The notes beneath the pieces are model-generated. The model did not search any database and was not told the origin of the DNA. It was given only the letters and a program-made list of their open reading frames with translations. A DNA stretch of 63,780 nt, counting the filler, from Choristocarpus tenellus KU-1152 (Eukaryota > Protista > Phaeophyceae), in assembly GCA_964200185.2 (NCBI GenBank). It is 12 parts of 12 records of this genome, joined end to end, with 100 filler letters (N's around TTAATTAATTAA, not from the genome) between each part and the next. Parts side by side here need not be neighbours in the genome. Positions count along the whole stretch, not along the records: positions 20,695 to 28,859 come from CAXNAD020005056.1; positions 28,960 to 32,596 come from CAXNAD020018812.1; positions 32,697 to 36,587 come from CAXNAD020017327.1; positions 36,688 to 40,565 come from CAXNAD020017423.1; 8 more parts are not named here. One strand, written 5' to 3'. The stretch's first letter is position 1; each line of letters starts with the position of its first letter. Both the position numbers and the translations under genes were made by a program. Positions 25,411-40,000 of this stretch are shown one piece after another.

Positions 25411-27221
25411 CTTCAATTCATTGATGTTTGTACTCCAGAATACATGCACAATCAGAGCAAGGAAATTCGCTGCTGATGGAGTGGTAGCTGCCGTTGTGTT
25501 GTGTTCGATAGATTCCCAAGGCGGAGGAAGTGAACTGGTCCTTGATGAGAGCTGTGGCGTAGATCTGTTTTGCCTCAGCGTGGTTTGCGTACGCTGCTAC
25601 ATACTAAGGCAAAGGCTGCCGCAATCCTCTACCCTGAGTTCTGTACGTGCAGCACCACAGTACTGAAGTGTCAATTTACCCGTGTCACTCTTCACAGTAT
25701 TACGGAACATTCGTGATAAGCTATTCACCACAGAAAGTCGAAAGTGCAAAGAGTGTACAACAGCTGCTCTCTTGTTAATGTGATGTGCTGAGAGTTTCAT
25801 CAACCGATATATCTCGTACCTGGAGGGCTCACCCTCTCCCCACCACATTGTCCTGGTGCTTGCGCTGTTGAATCTTTCCTATGGCCACAATCCATGCTGC
25901 AACTACTACCTTGCTGTTGATCTTGGTGTGGAGGGGAAAAGTCCCTCCCCCCAGGAGTGTACTCCTTCGCCGCCATCCGCAGAGTATTGGTTCCTTCTGA
26001 CAAGGTGAAACACACCGTTCACCCATGCTACTGACGTGGGGAGTGCGAGTGACCCGACCTCACTGGTGGAGGACTGGATGAAGGTGCATGCATCCGTCCA
26101 CCTAGGAGCAGAGGAACTCCAAATGCTTAACCGCCCACACCTCTGCTCTTCAGAGTGCGTAGGAGATAGGGGGTGGGGGGTTTGGGATCATCAGGATCGC
26201 ACGACTCAAGAGGTGCGCATGAGGGGTGTAATCCGTGTGGCTGTGAAATCAGCAAGGCTCGATGTGAGAATGTAACTTTATTGAAGGAGGGGAGATGGGT
26301 TGTTCAATACATCACGTTTCTCTGTGACCATGCACTCGATGTTCTTGGTGTTAACATATCACACGTGCGCAGGTGCTCGTATGCTAGTTGGGGGAGGGGG
26401 TTAATTGTCATAATGTTACAGCATAATGTAGATTTGCATGCGAGACAAACGTTTGGGTACATCTCTTATTGTTCACAGCTACATCTACTCGTGAATACGT
26501 TTTGAGGGAATCTGTTGCTGTAATTGTCTTGCGCGATCTGAACAAATAATAGATACAAAACTGATTACATGCAAACAAAGGTGGGATTTTGGGACCATTG
26601 TGGGATACAAACTTGGAAAAAAATTCTCCAGTTGTAGTTCTTCATTTTATGCAAGCACAGTGCACTCTGTATCCTTCCAAACTTGACCTTTTGATCTATT
26701 CAAATTTTCCTTCATAGCAATAGCACCGTTGAAACTCCCAACTATATATTTTTTCTTGAAAATGCTCCAAGAACTTCAATTATCCTGAATTGAGTTCCTA
26801 GCTGTGGCGAAGAATTCCTGACAATCACACCTTTTTTTTTTTGTCATGCCGTGCACTGTGCCCAAAAAACAAAACCTTTGCTTCTCACACAACTGTGCCT
26901 AGGACACATTTTTGGTCTCAGGAGGGTTGCGATGATGGTTGTTGAAAGGAGTGGCCACACACACCCGGGAGATGTGCGTGGAGGCAATGCACCACTATTC
27001 AAAGAGCGCACTTAGAATGGTGGTGTTGATTTTTGTGTGGGAATGTTGCAGGGTTCATGGCTCTGCTGCAATGAGGGGGTGACCTCCCCCACCCCGGTAC
27101 AGCTCGATCACCTCTCATGGCTGTGAAGGCTACTTTGTTCTCATTATATCTCAGTGCTGAATTATCCCTTGAAATACAAAAAAAAAAAAATTAGGAATCA
27201 GGATAACCCTAACGTTTTTTT

Positions 27222-27665
27222 GACCCAAGGCATTTAAGAAGAGGGTAGGGCAACATCCGTTCGGGATTATAAATCAAATTTTACTACTTCGATGGATTTT
27301 GGCTATCGTGTTTGTTAACAAGTGTCAATACCCTTGCTCTGGACGCACCTTTCATATTTGTATACATTTTAGGTAACTGTTCACACAGAAAACCGAAAAA
27401 GGGCATAAGAAACCCGTGGGAAGCCAAGCCCCGAATGGACAAACAGGGGCAAAACTCCTACCCGACCCAAAGTATCTGGGGGAGGGGGGGGGGTCTACAC
27501 CGCGGTCTCCATTTGAGCCAAAACCAGGAAAAGTGCACTTTCATTATCCATCCGACTTATGGAACCAAATCACCAAAAAATCGCGAGATGAAAAAATTGG
27601 CCCCAAATTGACAGCTGCCATACCCCCTCAGATACTTTGAGCCACCCTCTTAAACGCTTCGACTC
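27222..27665. mobile_element. Sola2-type family A MITE with a second MITE nested in its TIR
   Basis: Internal sequence is homologous to 9759-10019 (ttttggctatcgtgtttgtta...caagccccgaatggacaaacaggggcaaaactc). The TIR resumes after the insert as accctcttaaacgcttcgactc. Confidence 0.75.
27464..27643. mobile_element. Sola2-type MITE, family C, with ACCC TSD
   Basis: TIRs gacccaaagtatctg / cagatactttgagcc. ACCC lies at 27460-27463 and 27644-27647. Confidence 0.82.
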
Positions 27666-30600
27666 ATTCACAGACATTCCTACAATAGAATTTCCGGTTG
27701 ATGTTTGCTCTAATCCCTCAAAATAAATTATTTATAGGGCAATAACTTGTTTTTGGTAAAGATGCCATGAGGACACCACTGATGCTATGGCTCTTCCAAA
27801 AAATGGAGATGTAGTCATTGACAAGCAACTTTCGTAGTGTATGTAACTGTATGCTATAATTAAATATATACTCTGAGTATATATATATATGTGAGAGCCC
27901 TTGACACCACACCTTTTGAAATCTTGCTGCAGTCTGCCCTCAGGATATTACTGGCATCCTGCCTCTTTACAACGAGATAATGATCAGTGTTAACCCCTAG
28001 CATATACGATGGCCTCCTGTGTCGACATTCTTTCCAGGCTGCCCTACAACAGAAATGTGGTGAAATTTTTGACATTTGCAAATGCAGGAAGTCAACCGTT
28101 GCTCACCATGGAGGCTGGCCAGTAGAGCCTCTATGATATGCTGTACTCAAAGAGGTTCAATATTGGGCTTATCCTGAGGTGGGTTTCCCAGAGTGTTGCT
28201 ATGAAATCAGAGGAGAGACGCTCTTGGTTGAGAGTGGATTTGGGCATGCTGTTCATGGACGCCAGGCCTACAAAAGCTCGCACTGCAGTGGTACTCAAAT
28301 ATCACCTCCCCTCTCATTGCTACCATCGGCAGCCAACCACTCAATCCAACGACTCCACGCATTGTATCGTCTACACACAGGTGCTTTGTTGACTGTGCAA
28401 GGGGGATAGCCCACCTCCACAGCCACCACCTTGTCCACTTGGACATTAAGTTTAAGGACATGGTGGCAAAGGTTGAGAGCGGACGGTGGAGGGGTGTGAT
28501 CATAGGCTTCGGTTTGACATGTTGTGAGAAAAGGGCTTGTGTTGTCCTGCCTGGTTCAAAGTCCCATGGCACAGCGGTAGGACTAGTGCACACCCATCTC
28601 TTCTAGCACCCTATAACAGATTTTCATCCGCACCCACCTGAAGTTGAGAGGGGCTGCACCTCCTGGTTCAACCAGCAGCAATCATTTTTGGTAGCTCTAT
28701 GTGGACAGGGATGAAATATGAAAATACAGGTTGCATCCCACCCACCAATTGTCGACCTCGCAACGCTTTCCCTAGGTGTGAACAATGGCAGTGCCAACAA
28801 GGCATACAACACCCCCGGCTAAGACCTTTCACCGATCTGATTCCAATATGTAATGGGGTNNNNNNNNNNNNNNNNNNNNNNNNNNNNNNNNNNNNNNNNN
28901 NNNTTAATTAATTAANNNNNNNNNNNNNNNNNNNNNNNNNNNNNNNNNNNNNNNNNNNNAGACCCCCCCCCCCCAGATACTTTGGGTTGCAAGTAAGATG
29001 TATTTTGTTAGTGCAATACCTCCTGATCTCTCGATTAACCTAGTGACTTGTCAAAAAGTGCTTTATTGTGGAAATCGTGCTTACCTATTTTATCAAGAAA
29101 ATTATGCATCAAAGGTATCAAGAGGTGTTATTCAAGTGCACTGTGAGGACCCAAGACATGGCAACAAGGAAACTAGAGTGGTATTAATGACTTGTAAGGA
29201 GCAATTGACCTTGTTTCCAGGAGACTTAAGTCTACACAGTTACACACTTTCACTCTATGGTTGCTTGGTTCCCATAGAGGTTTGTCTAACTATATGCAGT
29301 AGCATCTGTCTCTGTGAGATATGGTTCACACCGTATCAAACGCTGTCGTTGCTTTGCCACAGTACTGTAAGAAATTATCTAGGAAGGAACTTGTACGATA
29401 CGATGTGGTATGGTATTGCAAGAATCATTACTGCATACAGTATTATTTTCGTGGTGCAGGGTATGGTTGCAGTTTGGTTCTTGATGGTAGGGTCATGGTT
29501 TGAGTTCAGTTTTTGAAACAGTATTTCCAACCATGCAGACACAGGGGTTCTGGTACCAGCATGACAGTTGCTATTACTCTTGAAGATTTGAGATTCCCCC
29601 ATCGATTCAATCAACACAGTAGGAACCTAGGGTAATACTAGTGGTTAAAAGGTAGGGACCTGCGATTTATTTTTTGCCAAGCACAGAGTTCGTCCAAAAC
29701 AGCAGTATGCAGTGTTCGTTATCGTATTTGTATTTCTGTTTGTTGTATTAGGTGTACCGGTGGACAGTGCAGTTACGCTATTGGCACGGTATTAGAACTG
29801 GACAACAACTTGGTTATCATAGTAGAATGTTTCTGGATGGTGTGGTGGGGTGAGAAACACCACCATGGTGCCGGTTAGGGAATTGTGGTGGTGAAGTGCG
29901 AAGTGGTACCCCCCTCCCTGTCTTGGTGAACCACCATTGTCATGCGTTTTTTTTTTACTTTTTTCAAACAAAGGTTAGGGCTTGTTTTTGCACACAGGTC
30001 AGGGTTAGGGTTAGGGTTAGATTTTTGAGAATGTGCGTGAAAAAGGGTGAGAAGTGATGAGTCGTTGAGAAGTGGCGGTCCACTTATGATGTACTGCTGC
30101 ACCACTTTTTCTTACAGGGTTTCCTTGGCTGGTTCAGTATATTTTTCGCACACAAGCTAGAGTTGGGGATAGGGTTAAGGTTTTCGAAAATGTGTGCAAA
30201 AAAAGATGAAATTTCAGTGGTGGTTCCTGAAGACAGGGCTCCCTTGTTGCACTGCAACGGTTTTTCTATTTACCAACAATACGGTACAGAATTCCAATGG
30301 TATGTTTGCAGTATAGGCTAACTGCAAGTGCTTTTTGTAACCATAACCATGGCCATGAAAATTCCTCAGTTTTACTACAGTGTTTCCGACCATGTAGGCC
30401 CTGTTTGTTTTCTTAGTTGGTGTTCAGTTTTTCTCTTTTTTTGCATTTTAGAATGAAAGAGGAGTTGGACTATTTTAAAAGAGGCTTTTATTACATCTTG
30501 CCCTGATAATAAAAAATATCTTGCTTTAGACACATTTGCAGTGAGTCAAAGTGAAGGATTGAACCTCTTTTATTTTTACAAGTATTATTTTTATTGTTGA

Positions 30601-32559
30601 CACCATCTGAACATAGGCACAATATGTGTGATGCCCCCCCTGTAGTCTGAACCAGGGAATATCCAGGCAGGATATGCATGCTCTCAATATTTGGAAGGCT
30701 TTTTGTACCCTTATTTTTCTGTCCAATAGTTATCAAACATATATCGCTGATTGATTTGTTTGAGCTCTGTCACCAAACTTTGTTTGGCGTATTCACTGTC
30801 CATCAGACGTGCATACTGTGCCATCTACATTACATGCTGGAAGTATTCAAACCAACATAGTAATGTACTTTTTGTCCTCTTACCTCAAATTTTACGGGAA
30901 ATTGGGTGTGTGAGATTCATATCGTGGATAAGTGCCCCTTGATGAAGTTTGAATACGGGGAACCATAACCGTCCTTTGCCCCCTGTTGTGGTGACATTGA
31001 GCTCTCGGGAGGGTGACTAGGACCATAACAGCAACATGGGTCATGACATTTCATCCTGTAGTATGCGCAGTATATTGACTCACAAAATCTCGATGTGAGT
31101 TTCTACCTTGTTATTCCTGTAATTCATTGTGGACTAGACACAAGGGTTCCCTCTGCCCACCAGTGGAAACACCCCCTGATTTGTAGAACAATTCGGTGCT
31201 TTGTTTTTGTGGCCTGTTAGTATCTACCGGCCATTCAACACACACACAATATAATGCAAGATATGTTCCTCGTTTTTCTCGCCTCTTCCATAATTGTCCC
31301 AGATTAAGATCCACTCTTGGCGTTCTATGTATATGCAAGCATCCTTGACCTCCTTGTTAGTGCTCCCAACTCCCTCCCAACCCCTACTCCACAGCATCAG
31401 TAGTACCTCAACAACGTATCAACTGTGTTTCTTGTCCCTGTGTTCTCGTTGACTTTGCAGCTAAGGCGACTCTTCAGTGGAGGAGGATGAACCCAACAAG
31501 AAGCAGTAGTGAATTCATTGTGAGGGAAGGGGCAGGTCAACAGTAGATTGTTTGGTGGATGGTGGTACAATTGGCTACACCCTACACATCTTTGTGAATT
31601 CTATGGGTATGTGTTCCTTTTTGATGTGTTGTTTAGTGTGTTGAAAATGAAAACTAGTTTGAATCGGTGGTAGTTAGTGTGTTCCAGTGGGGATGTTTCG
31701 TCTTCAGTTCTAAGCCATTTGGGCCATTGTTCTGTGCTTTACTGAACATATTCCAAGAATATTATGTTGTAGTAGTGATTTCTGTCCTCCTTTCTCCTGG
31801 TGCTTGCTAGTCTTGAACAATGTGGTGTCTGCATGGTGCCCACTGAATTGCGTAGAGTAGCTTGACCCCTGATTGGAGGGAATGCCACTTGGCTATTGGT
31901 GCTGTTTTCGTGATCACTCGTGTGTCATCATCACCTATACTCCTTAACGGAACAACGGAACTCTAGTGCTGGATGTTTATTTGGGCAAAGATCCAATCAA
32001 CCAAAGTCACTCCTGTCGCAAGGGCTGTTATTTGCTGGTCAAGTTCCTTTTTACGTATTTTGCCAAAAAGCGTAACAGCAAAGGATGCACCAATCTTCAA
32101 TGGCTTAAGGCAAAAAGATCCGATATGCACCAATGATTTTATTAACACATACAGCGGTATTGTTGTTGACTATTTCAATATACTGCAAAAAACCCTTCAC
32201 ATATTCTCTGTCATCATATCGTCCTCTCACTTTCTGAATATTGTACTCCGGAGTAATAGTAATAGAATCAGCATTGATCCTCACCTCTCGTGTCGCAAAT
32301 CTTTGGTCGGTGCTACTACGGATAAGATCATCATGAATGAATGATGTGCTTACTAGAAGTGTCGGGACACTAGTTTTTATATGGAAAACGTGGTACAGTA
32401 CAGGAATAAGGTATTTCAATATTTGACAAAATCAGAGAGGTTTTAGGATTGGATTCTGGCTGACCGCTTTCCTGACTTCCTACGCTGGACTGTCTCACCC
32501 CTAGGCGAACCACGGTGTGACCCAAAGTATCCTGGGGGGGGGGGGGGGGGGGGGCCCCG

Positions 32560-32596
<37 letters not shown>

Positions 32597-32696
32597 NNNN
32601 NNNNNNNNNNNNNNNNNNNNNNNNNNNNNNNNNNNNNNNNTTAATTAATTAANNNNNNNNNNNNNNNNNNNNNNNNNNNNNNNNNNNNNNNNNNNN

Positions 32697-32913
32697 GACC
32701 AAAATCCAATGTTGCGATTTCGATGTAATTTTGTCTATCGTGTTTGTTAGGAAGTGCCAATATCCTTGTTCTGGACACACCTTTTCATAACATGTACATT
32801 TTACCTGCTCTGAATTTTTTTCGAGTAGGAAAATGTCATACGAACCCCAATGGAAACCAAGCCTCAAATGGACAAAGAGGGCAAAATTCGTACCCTCTAA
32901 GATACTTTCACTC
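32697..32913. mobile_element. Sola2-type MITE, family A, truncated by a gap
   Basis: Homologous to 9759-10019. Ends taccctctaagatactttcactc. Confidence 0.82.
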
Positions 32914-35900
32914 AATAGTTTAGCGTGCGCTCCCCGTTTCGGCTCTCCCAACAACAACAGATGTTAAAAAAATCTATGTACGTACCTCGCTGTACGTGTG
33001 CATGTAATACAGTATATGTATGTCGTGCATCAGTGACTGACTACTCTCTCCGCTGGTGGCTGCAACGCAACGATCATCTGTAACCCAAGAAGTTTGCACA
33101 ATCAGTAGTCCATCGGCACGTTTTTCTTGGACTAGGTGTGGACAACACTCTATTTGTAATGCTAAATGTTTCGCCTTGAGTGTTTTGTGGTAGTTTATAT
33201 CGATAGGGTAAGGATCGTCAGTAAGTGCACACCATTACCTTTATGGACACCGTTTCTGTAGCTTTACCCCTACCTACTACCTACCTATATTAGTATCCGT
33301 CTTTCCACATCTTTTTGGTAAGACCAACTGTTGATTTAAGCACGCATACATACACGTGCTTGACACACTCATACAAATTATCGAACAATGCGATTTACAC
33401 CTCTTCTATCCACACAACCCGGACCCTATTCGCGCTGTTCACCTACTTCTCCCTGCAGCAGACATTCCTAAACTCCTTTCTAATCCCATTCCTTCTCTTG
33501 TTCTGCCGAAATAGTTAAACCTTTTCTGTAGCTCTCATGCCTACCTACCTCTTGAGTGGTAGCTGAATGCCTTTTTGTCAAAGACTCCATTCTTCCTTTC
33601 CTTCCCTCCCGCTGTACTGTGCTTGTTTACTCATCGAGCCCCCACCTCCCCACAGCATAGAGACCTAGTAGAACGGATTTCCTCATATACTCCTCCGTCC
33701 ACCGTCTGGATATCAGTGTGTGCCCCACCATATTCAAAGTGAAAACACTTTTATTTTGATGCCTTCTCATATTTCTCATGGTCCGAGCGACACATGAATG
33801 TAGCCATTGCTTTAAAGTTGTGTGTGTGTGGAAAGCTTGTTTGTCTGTTGTTATACCGTTATTGCCGTATGTCGTATACCATTATACCGACTGAGGTTCC
33901 TTGTCAAGCATCCATGATTCCACTGGCGGACCTTCCGTCAGAATGAAACCATGGAATCTCTTCACGTGACCAATCCCACAGAGTTGGGACAGCTCGTCAT
34001 TCAGAGTTGTCACACATGGAAGATCCACTTTGTTCTCACGTCTTGACTTGTAGTCATGAGGCCCTTCTTTGAAGATGCTCATGACTCCTCAATTTGCGCT
34101 TGTCCAACCTTAACCTCTTACCCTTGGTTACGGTTCGTCTATGTTCGTCTGGTTCGTCTTGCCTGGTGATCCTCTTCACCACCCTTGCTTGAGTGAACCA
34201 CGCCCCCACAGAATCACACGATTCACATTTGTTTCTACAGCAAATAGAATGATTGACCTAGGTCTTCTTTTTTTGGTAGTCTAGGTACAGCTCCATACAT
34301 TTTCTTTTTTGCGAAGGTGGTATTAGTCCTAAATGCTACATATATATTGAGTTGTAGGATTTAGAACTCTACAGCGCTACACCAGGAGTGTGTTAGGACA
34401 GCATCTCAAGGTGAGTGAAAGTATCTACATGGTTCATCAAGGGCAAAAGCATCAAACGTTCATCACGTGTCACACAAAGAAGATAATAGTGAGAGGGTCC
34501 ATCCAACCCGAAAGCACCACTCATGACTTTTCACACAAAAAAAAAGATGGAATAGATGGAATGCAAGGATTTAACCAACCTCCATAAGAGAAAGGCCATG
34601 AGAAACTAGCATTCACCAAACTGGGATGGTCTCGGTGGTGAGTGTGGATGTGCCCCGTTCTGCTTTAGCACAAAGCAAAGAATCTATCACATCACTGCTT
34701 TGATTCAGAGACACACCAGAACTGAGGACTGGACCAGCATGGGCATACTATATCCAGTGCAACTGTACCTTGTGTCCCTTCACACGTCTTTGGATGTGGG
34801 ATATTGGACAGCGACCAAAGGAGGTGTCCAAGATGATAGAGTGAAAGCACGATGCCCCAGGAGTGATATAATCGCATACCTTATACGTGGATTTCCCGAG
34901 GAACACCGGGGTGGTATATGTGGTCGTGATTCTCCAGCCTGGACAGGTCTCCATTGTTGCATCCAGAATCCCCAAACTACCCTACGTATACCTACATCCG
35001 TTTTTTAGGACGAGAGCACTGTGTATTGCTATTGTACACAACTATAGTAAGAAAACGCGGGATGTTGCCAAAGCCTGGAAGCCGTTGCCCATTTCCCACA
35101 TTTTATACATTTCTGTAAGTCTGTTTGTATGTACTGAGTAGGTACGGTAACACCTACAAAAATCGCCCCCCACAACTCTCCTCCCAGTATTTGACTCCTT
35201 GATAGTGTTTACGCGGTTCCAAAGATTTAATATTAAAGAGGGGAGTTGGGTATTGTTTGACACTACGCCCTTATGAAGTCCTCTAATCCACTACAACACA
35301 AGATACATCCCTAAAACATTGGGGACTTATTTGAGGAGCAGATCCAAAAGCCTTTCCAACATACAGTTTTAGGAAGGACATCATTTCATCAAAAAACTCA
35401 GTACCGCTGTTGTAGATGAAAAGGACGACTGAACTATTAAACAGGTCACATCGATAGCCACAAAGTACAAAGTTTACAATGCAAACAAACATGGAGTTGC
35501 AGCTATATATAGGCAACCGACCATTCACATAGCAGAAGAAGCAAGATTTTATCTAAAGAGGAGAGTATCAATGCCTCTACTCCAAAACAATGAGCAGTAA
35601 TGCTTTAGGATGACACATCAAAGACCACCGTCATCACCTATTGCTTTTCCTCTAGAGCCTCTATAATGACTCAACGAGTTATCAACTTAATCTAAATTGG
35701 ACACAGCACAAGGGAAATACTGTATCAAGGCAAGGCCCGCAGGTCCTCTGAGCAAACCCAAGTACTGCTGTGGAATAAAATACCAACAACTCCCAGGAAA
35801 TATGAGAACACGATCATGAAATGTGAAGAGTTGCTACAAATAAGAAGGTATTGGAAGGGGGGAATACTATCAATACCCAAAAGAAATACGTCCCTCAAAA

Positions 35901-36687
35901 AACGCCACCAAATTTCAAATGTTGTGGTTTTATTTTATTTTCCAGAGCACTCCGCACACTCTCTTTCTTGACTCCAGAAGAATCTTCGTTGCAACTTCAT
36001 CCAGTTACTCCCTCCACAGCAACCAATCCATTACCAACAGCTGAAGGTAAAGAATCTCTGGCGAATGAAGTGTTCATGTCACAACTGACATTCAGACACT
36101 TACAGATCAAAACAATCATGCAGCAGTACAGTGTTGATCTTAAGAAGACAACGAATGGGAACAGAGAATATCATAGCAAGAGCTTTCCCAAGTAGGGACG
36201 GTAGAGGGAAAATGAATCAAATATTCCTTTTGAAGTCTCTTGTTTTCGGAAGGGAGTGCTTAAAAAAAAGAAAAATGCTTACGGCCATCAAGACAGGTAA
36301 AACACGTTTCGTTTTGTCTGTTTTGCTTGAGATTTTGTTGGCGGTATATGAGAGTTAACACTAAAAAAACAAGGGGATCGTTGCCTTTTTTGTTTCTGAT
36401 ATGTTACACTTTGTTTTGCTCACGAATTCTGGATTATTATTATTATTTTATTCTACATTTGTATTCCCCCCTATTCCCTTTTCTCCCTATATTCTAACAA
36501 CCCTTGTGACCAACCAGTGCGACCTCTTCGCCCCTGATTTCCAGTCACCCCCATATCTGATGACCAACCAGGGCGAACCCCCTTCGCNNNNNNNNNNNNN
36601 NNNNNNNNNNNNNNNNNNNNNNNNNNNNNNNTTAATTAATTAANNNNNNNNNNNNNNNNNNNNNNNNNNNNNNNNNNNNNNNNNNNN

Positions 36688-36743
36688 CAAGCCCCAAATG
36701 AACAAACAGGGCAAAACTCGTACCCTCTAAGATACTTTCACGT
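36688..36743. mobile_element. End of Sola2-type MITE, family A
   Basis: caagccccaaatgaacaaacagggcaaaactcgtaccctctaagatactttca. Confidence 0.75.
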
Positions 36744-36873
36744 AATTGTGTCCTGAAGTTGAATGTTGCTTTGTAAGAACTTGGGCATAGAGGAAAGTTC
36801 GCTGTAAGTGAGATATTCTCCAATAGACGGACCCTCGTTGACAACATGAACAAACCACCACTATTGGACAGAC

Positions 36874-37045
36874 GGGTCAAAGTATCTGGGGGGGGGTGTC
36901 GTCATCCGTTTTTCACCCTTTTTTCAATTTTCACTTTTTTGGTTAGATTTGGCCGCACGTGTCGGATTTGAAACGCCAGCAAAAAAAAGGGTTGTTTGAC
37001 CGAAACGGACGCCNNNNNNNNNCCCCCCCCCCCAGATACTATGTG
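36874..37045. mobile_element. Sola2-type MITE, family B
   Basis: gggtcaaagtatctggggg ... ccccccagatact. Internal sequence is shared, partly inverted, with 43416-43588. Confidence 0.72.
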
Positions 37046-40000
37046 GAATACCACTTTTCTTTCCATCATGACTCTTATAGTACATGCTTTACTTTTTTCC
37101 AAGAATGCCATAGAGATCGAATTACTTGCACTTTTACTTTGGAAACTCGTTAATGTCAGTACTAGTTGTTGCCCACAACTAACTTTATCCACAACAATAT
37201 GTCCTATCAAGTGATACATTGGTTACGCATGTAAGCACTGGCAATTAAGGTGGGAACTTCATCACATGACATTCAACATAGTAAGGTGTCATGACTTCAT
37301 TTTTTCGAGTTTGAGACTGAAATTTTGAGGGTGGCATCGCCTTGATCTATCAACAAAATATTTCAAACCACAGATTCTAAAAGGAAAATTCTGAACTGTC
37401 AAAATGTGATAATTAGTTCTGAAAAATAGTGAGTCACCTTTAGTCCAAGGCACATATTTGAAGTCTCCTTTGTAACGTTACCTCTGAATCTGATTCCCCC
37501 TGATGATACCACCATTCCTTCCTCATGATATCAACATTAGGATGTTGAGTGGAGCTTCCAAGCCCCACTCGCTCACTTCCTTCTTGGGCTTGCCTTTCCT
37601 TCTTCCTTGTCTTTCCTTTCCACACCCTCCTATGCGTCTTCCTGCCCCCCTTCAGTCTAAAGAACCTGTGTGCCACTTTCATCCAGTTTCACTTTGGCAA
37701 TGACAGCAGTAGAACCTGCGTACAATAACCGCAATTGATTTCCAATCGGCACAAAAATTCTCAAACTTTTTTGGCAATCAACTTTTTTCATACGCGTACT
37801 GTGTTTGTTCTCAAATCAAGACAATACAAAACCACCCATGAAATTTTCGCAGCCAAACACGTAAAATTGGATGCGCAACCTTGAGTTGAATGAATTGGTT
37901 TTTTCTCAGTGCTATCAATTTGGATTCAAGTTATAGCTAGTATTAGTGAATGAATCATGAAAGAGATTTCAGTGAACATTCTACTTGGAAGTATTCATTA
38001 ATCTGATGAGAACGATGAATCATGTCTTCAGTATGGTTAGCACACTTAAAACAGAACACTAATCACAGGGCACTAATGAATTCACATATCTGGTATATGA
38101 CGCCACACGTCAGACAAACAGAATGCTCTTGAGAACACAACCAGACATGGGTAGATGCATCACTGGCTCTACCTCCTATTGTTAACGTTTGCCAGAGTAT
38201 TTGTGACATACACAAGGAACTGTTTTCACAATGTATGCAAGAACAAGATGAAACTATACATCAGAACCAAGCAAAAAGGTAGCAGAGCAGTAGGATGGTC
38301 AGCACATTATTTCTTCCACAACACACTTGCACAACAAATGACCACATACATCAATGAGAAAAGAATATTTGTGACACCATGGGAAAATCCGCTTTACCTA
38401 GGTTTCCTGTTCTCCTGCCTTGAGCAATTGAGTTGTAAAGGTGTGACAATGCAGAAATATGAATTTCATTGTATTGTATTAAACCGTATTGCGTAATCCC
38501 TGTGTCAACAATGATCCAGTGACCTTTCCTGGCCATCACCTCTGAAATAAAAGTACCGGCTGCTTCGCATGCAGTTGTTCCAGAACAAGATATAAAAGCC
38601 ACACAAAACATTGCTCAAACATACACAATCAAACCACGCAGCAAACATCTGGTTAAAGAGAAAAGCTACCACCACTCTGGGCAACCATGTGGCCCAGAGC
38701 GGCGCTTCATACCACCCTCTCATCAGCCCACAGACTCTCGAAGAATGCACAAGGAGCAACCTATCTGTTTTGTATTCAAAACCTACACCTACAATCAATG
38801 AATGCATTATTCACCTTTTACAACACATACAAGGGGGTGAGGGTGAGAGGACTTTTAGGTAAGGGAAGCACGGTCTCTTGCTCTCCCAATATTTACTAGA
38901 GCTCTACACTAACGACACTTGCACCAAGGCCTCTTCTTCCATCTCTGGGACCAGATCCCTTTGCACCCACACATAAGCCCAGTAATGGCCCAGTAATTTT
39001 CCCTCCAAGAGCAAACACAATGACCCTTCCTGAGCCCAACCCTGATTCTTACACTATGGCAGTGATATTACTGTACACACCCCTCAACTCTCACTTCCAC
39101 CACCCTTCAAGGGGTTCTCCAACGCCAACCTGAAGCAATTGCAAGAGCAGTTTACCCTAAATACACTTTCCCATTCCCTCCACTCATTACTCCCGTTATT
39201 TCTTCAGTCTGGCTAAGGGGGAAGTCAACACACTACAAATGTAGAATCAGGATATTTGCTCTTGCCACCAAGGTCAGCTAACCACAACCATCTCCTTTCC
39301 ACCTTTGCATCCCCCCCCCTTTACCCAACACCCAACCAATTTTTCTCATATCTACACCTTCAAATGTTCAACAGAAAGTACAAACACAAAACGTACCACA
39401 AGCACAACAACTCCACATGTATTAGGTCACCAAACAACTCCGATGTCCAAGTAGGACTTCTGGTTTCCGCCCATCTTGCACTCAAGCCTCCCTACACATT
39501 GCTACTTCACCAGTGTCTCCAGTCCAAGAGCATCACCAAACCACCAAACCACCAAACCACCAAACTACCTCACCTCGTCATGCCTGCCAACTACCATTTC
39601 CCAAAGTCCCTGCCTTGACACTTTATCTCCCAAGAGAGAAACAGCCTCTACCCTTACTACCTTTGGCTATCTGTGTGTGTATGTCCCCCACCTGCCAGCC
39701 CAGACCAGACTTCCTGTTGTCATCCCTACATATCTGTTCAATTCGCATACCTGTACATGCCTCTAAAAAGCGATCTGTACATTTCCCAAATTATGTGCCC
39801 CTCCCTGCCCCCAAGCCCTACACTATCCATACTGGCAGGGAATCACATAAAGACTAGCAGGTGAATAGTAGATAGTAGAGTGTGTGTGTGTGGGTGGGGG
39901 GGGGGGGGTTGACAAGCAGGAGATATTGCTGTCAAGCTAAAATCACAGCCGCATCATCCATGCCGTGAGAGTACAAATGCTAAAATCGCAGTCTTCTAAC

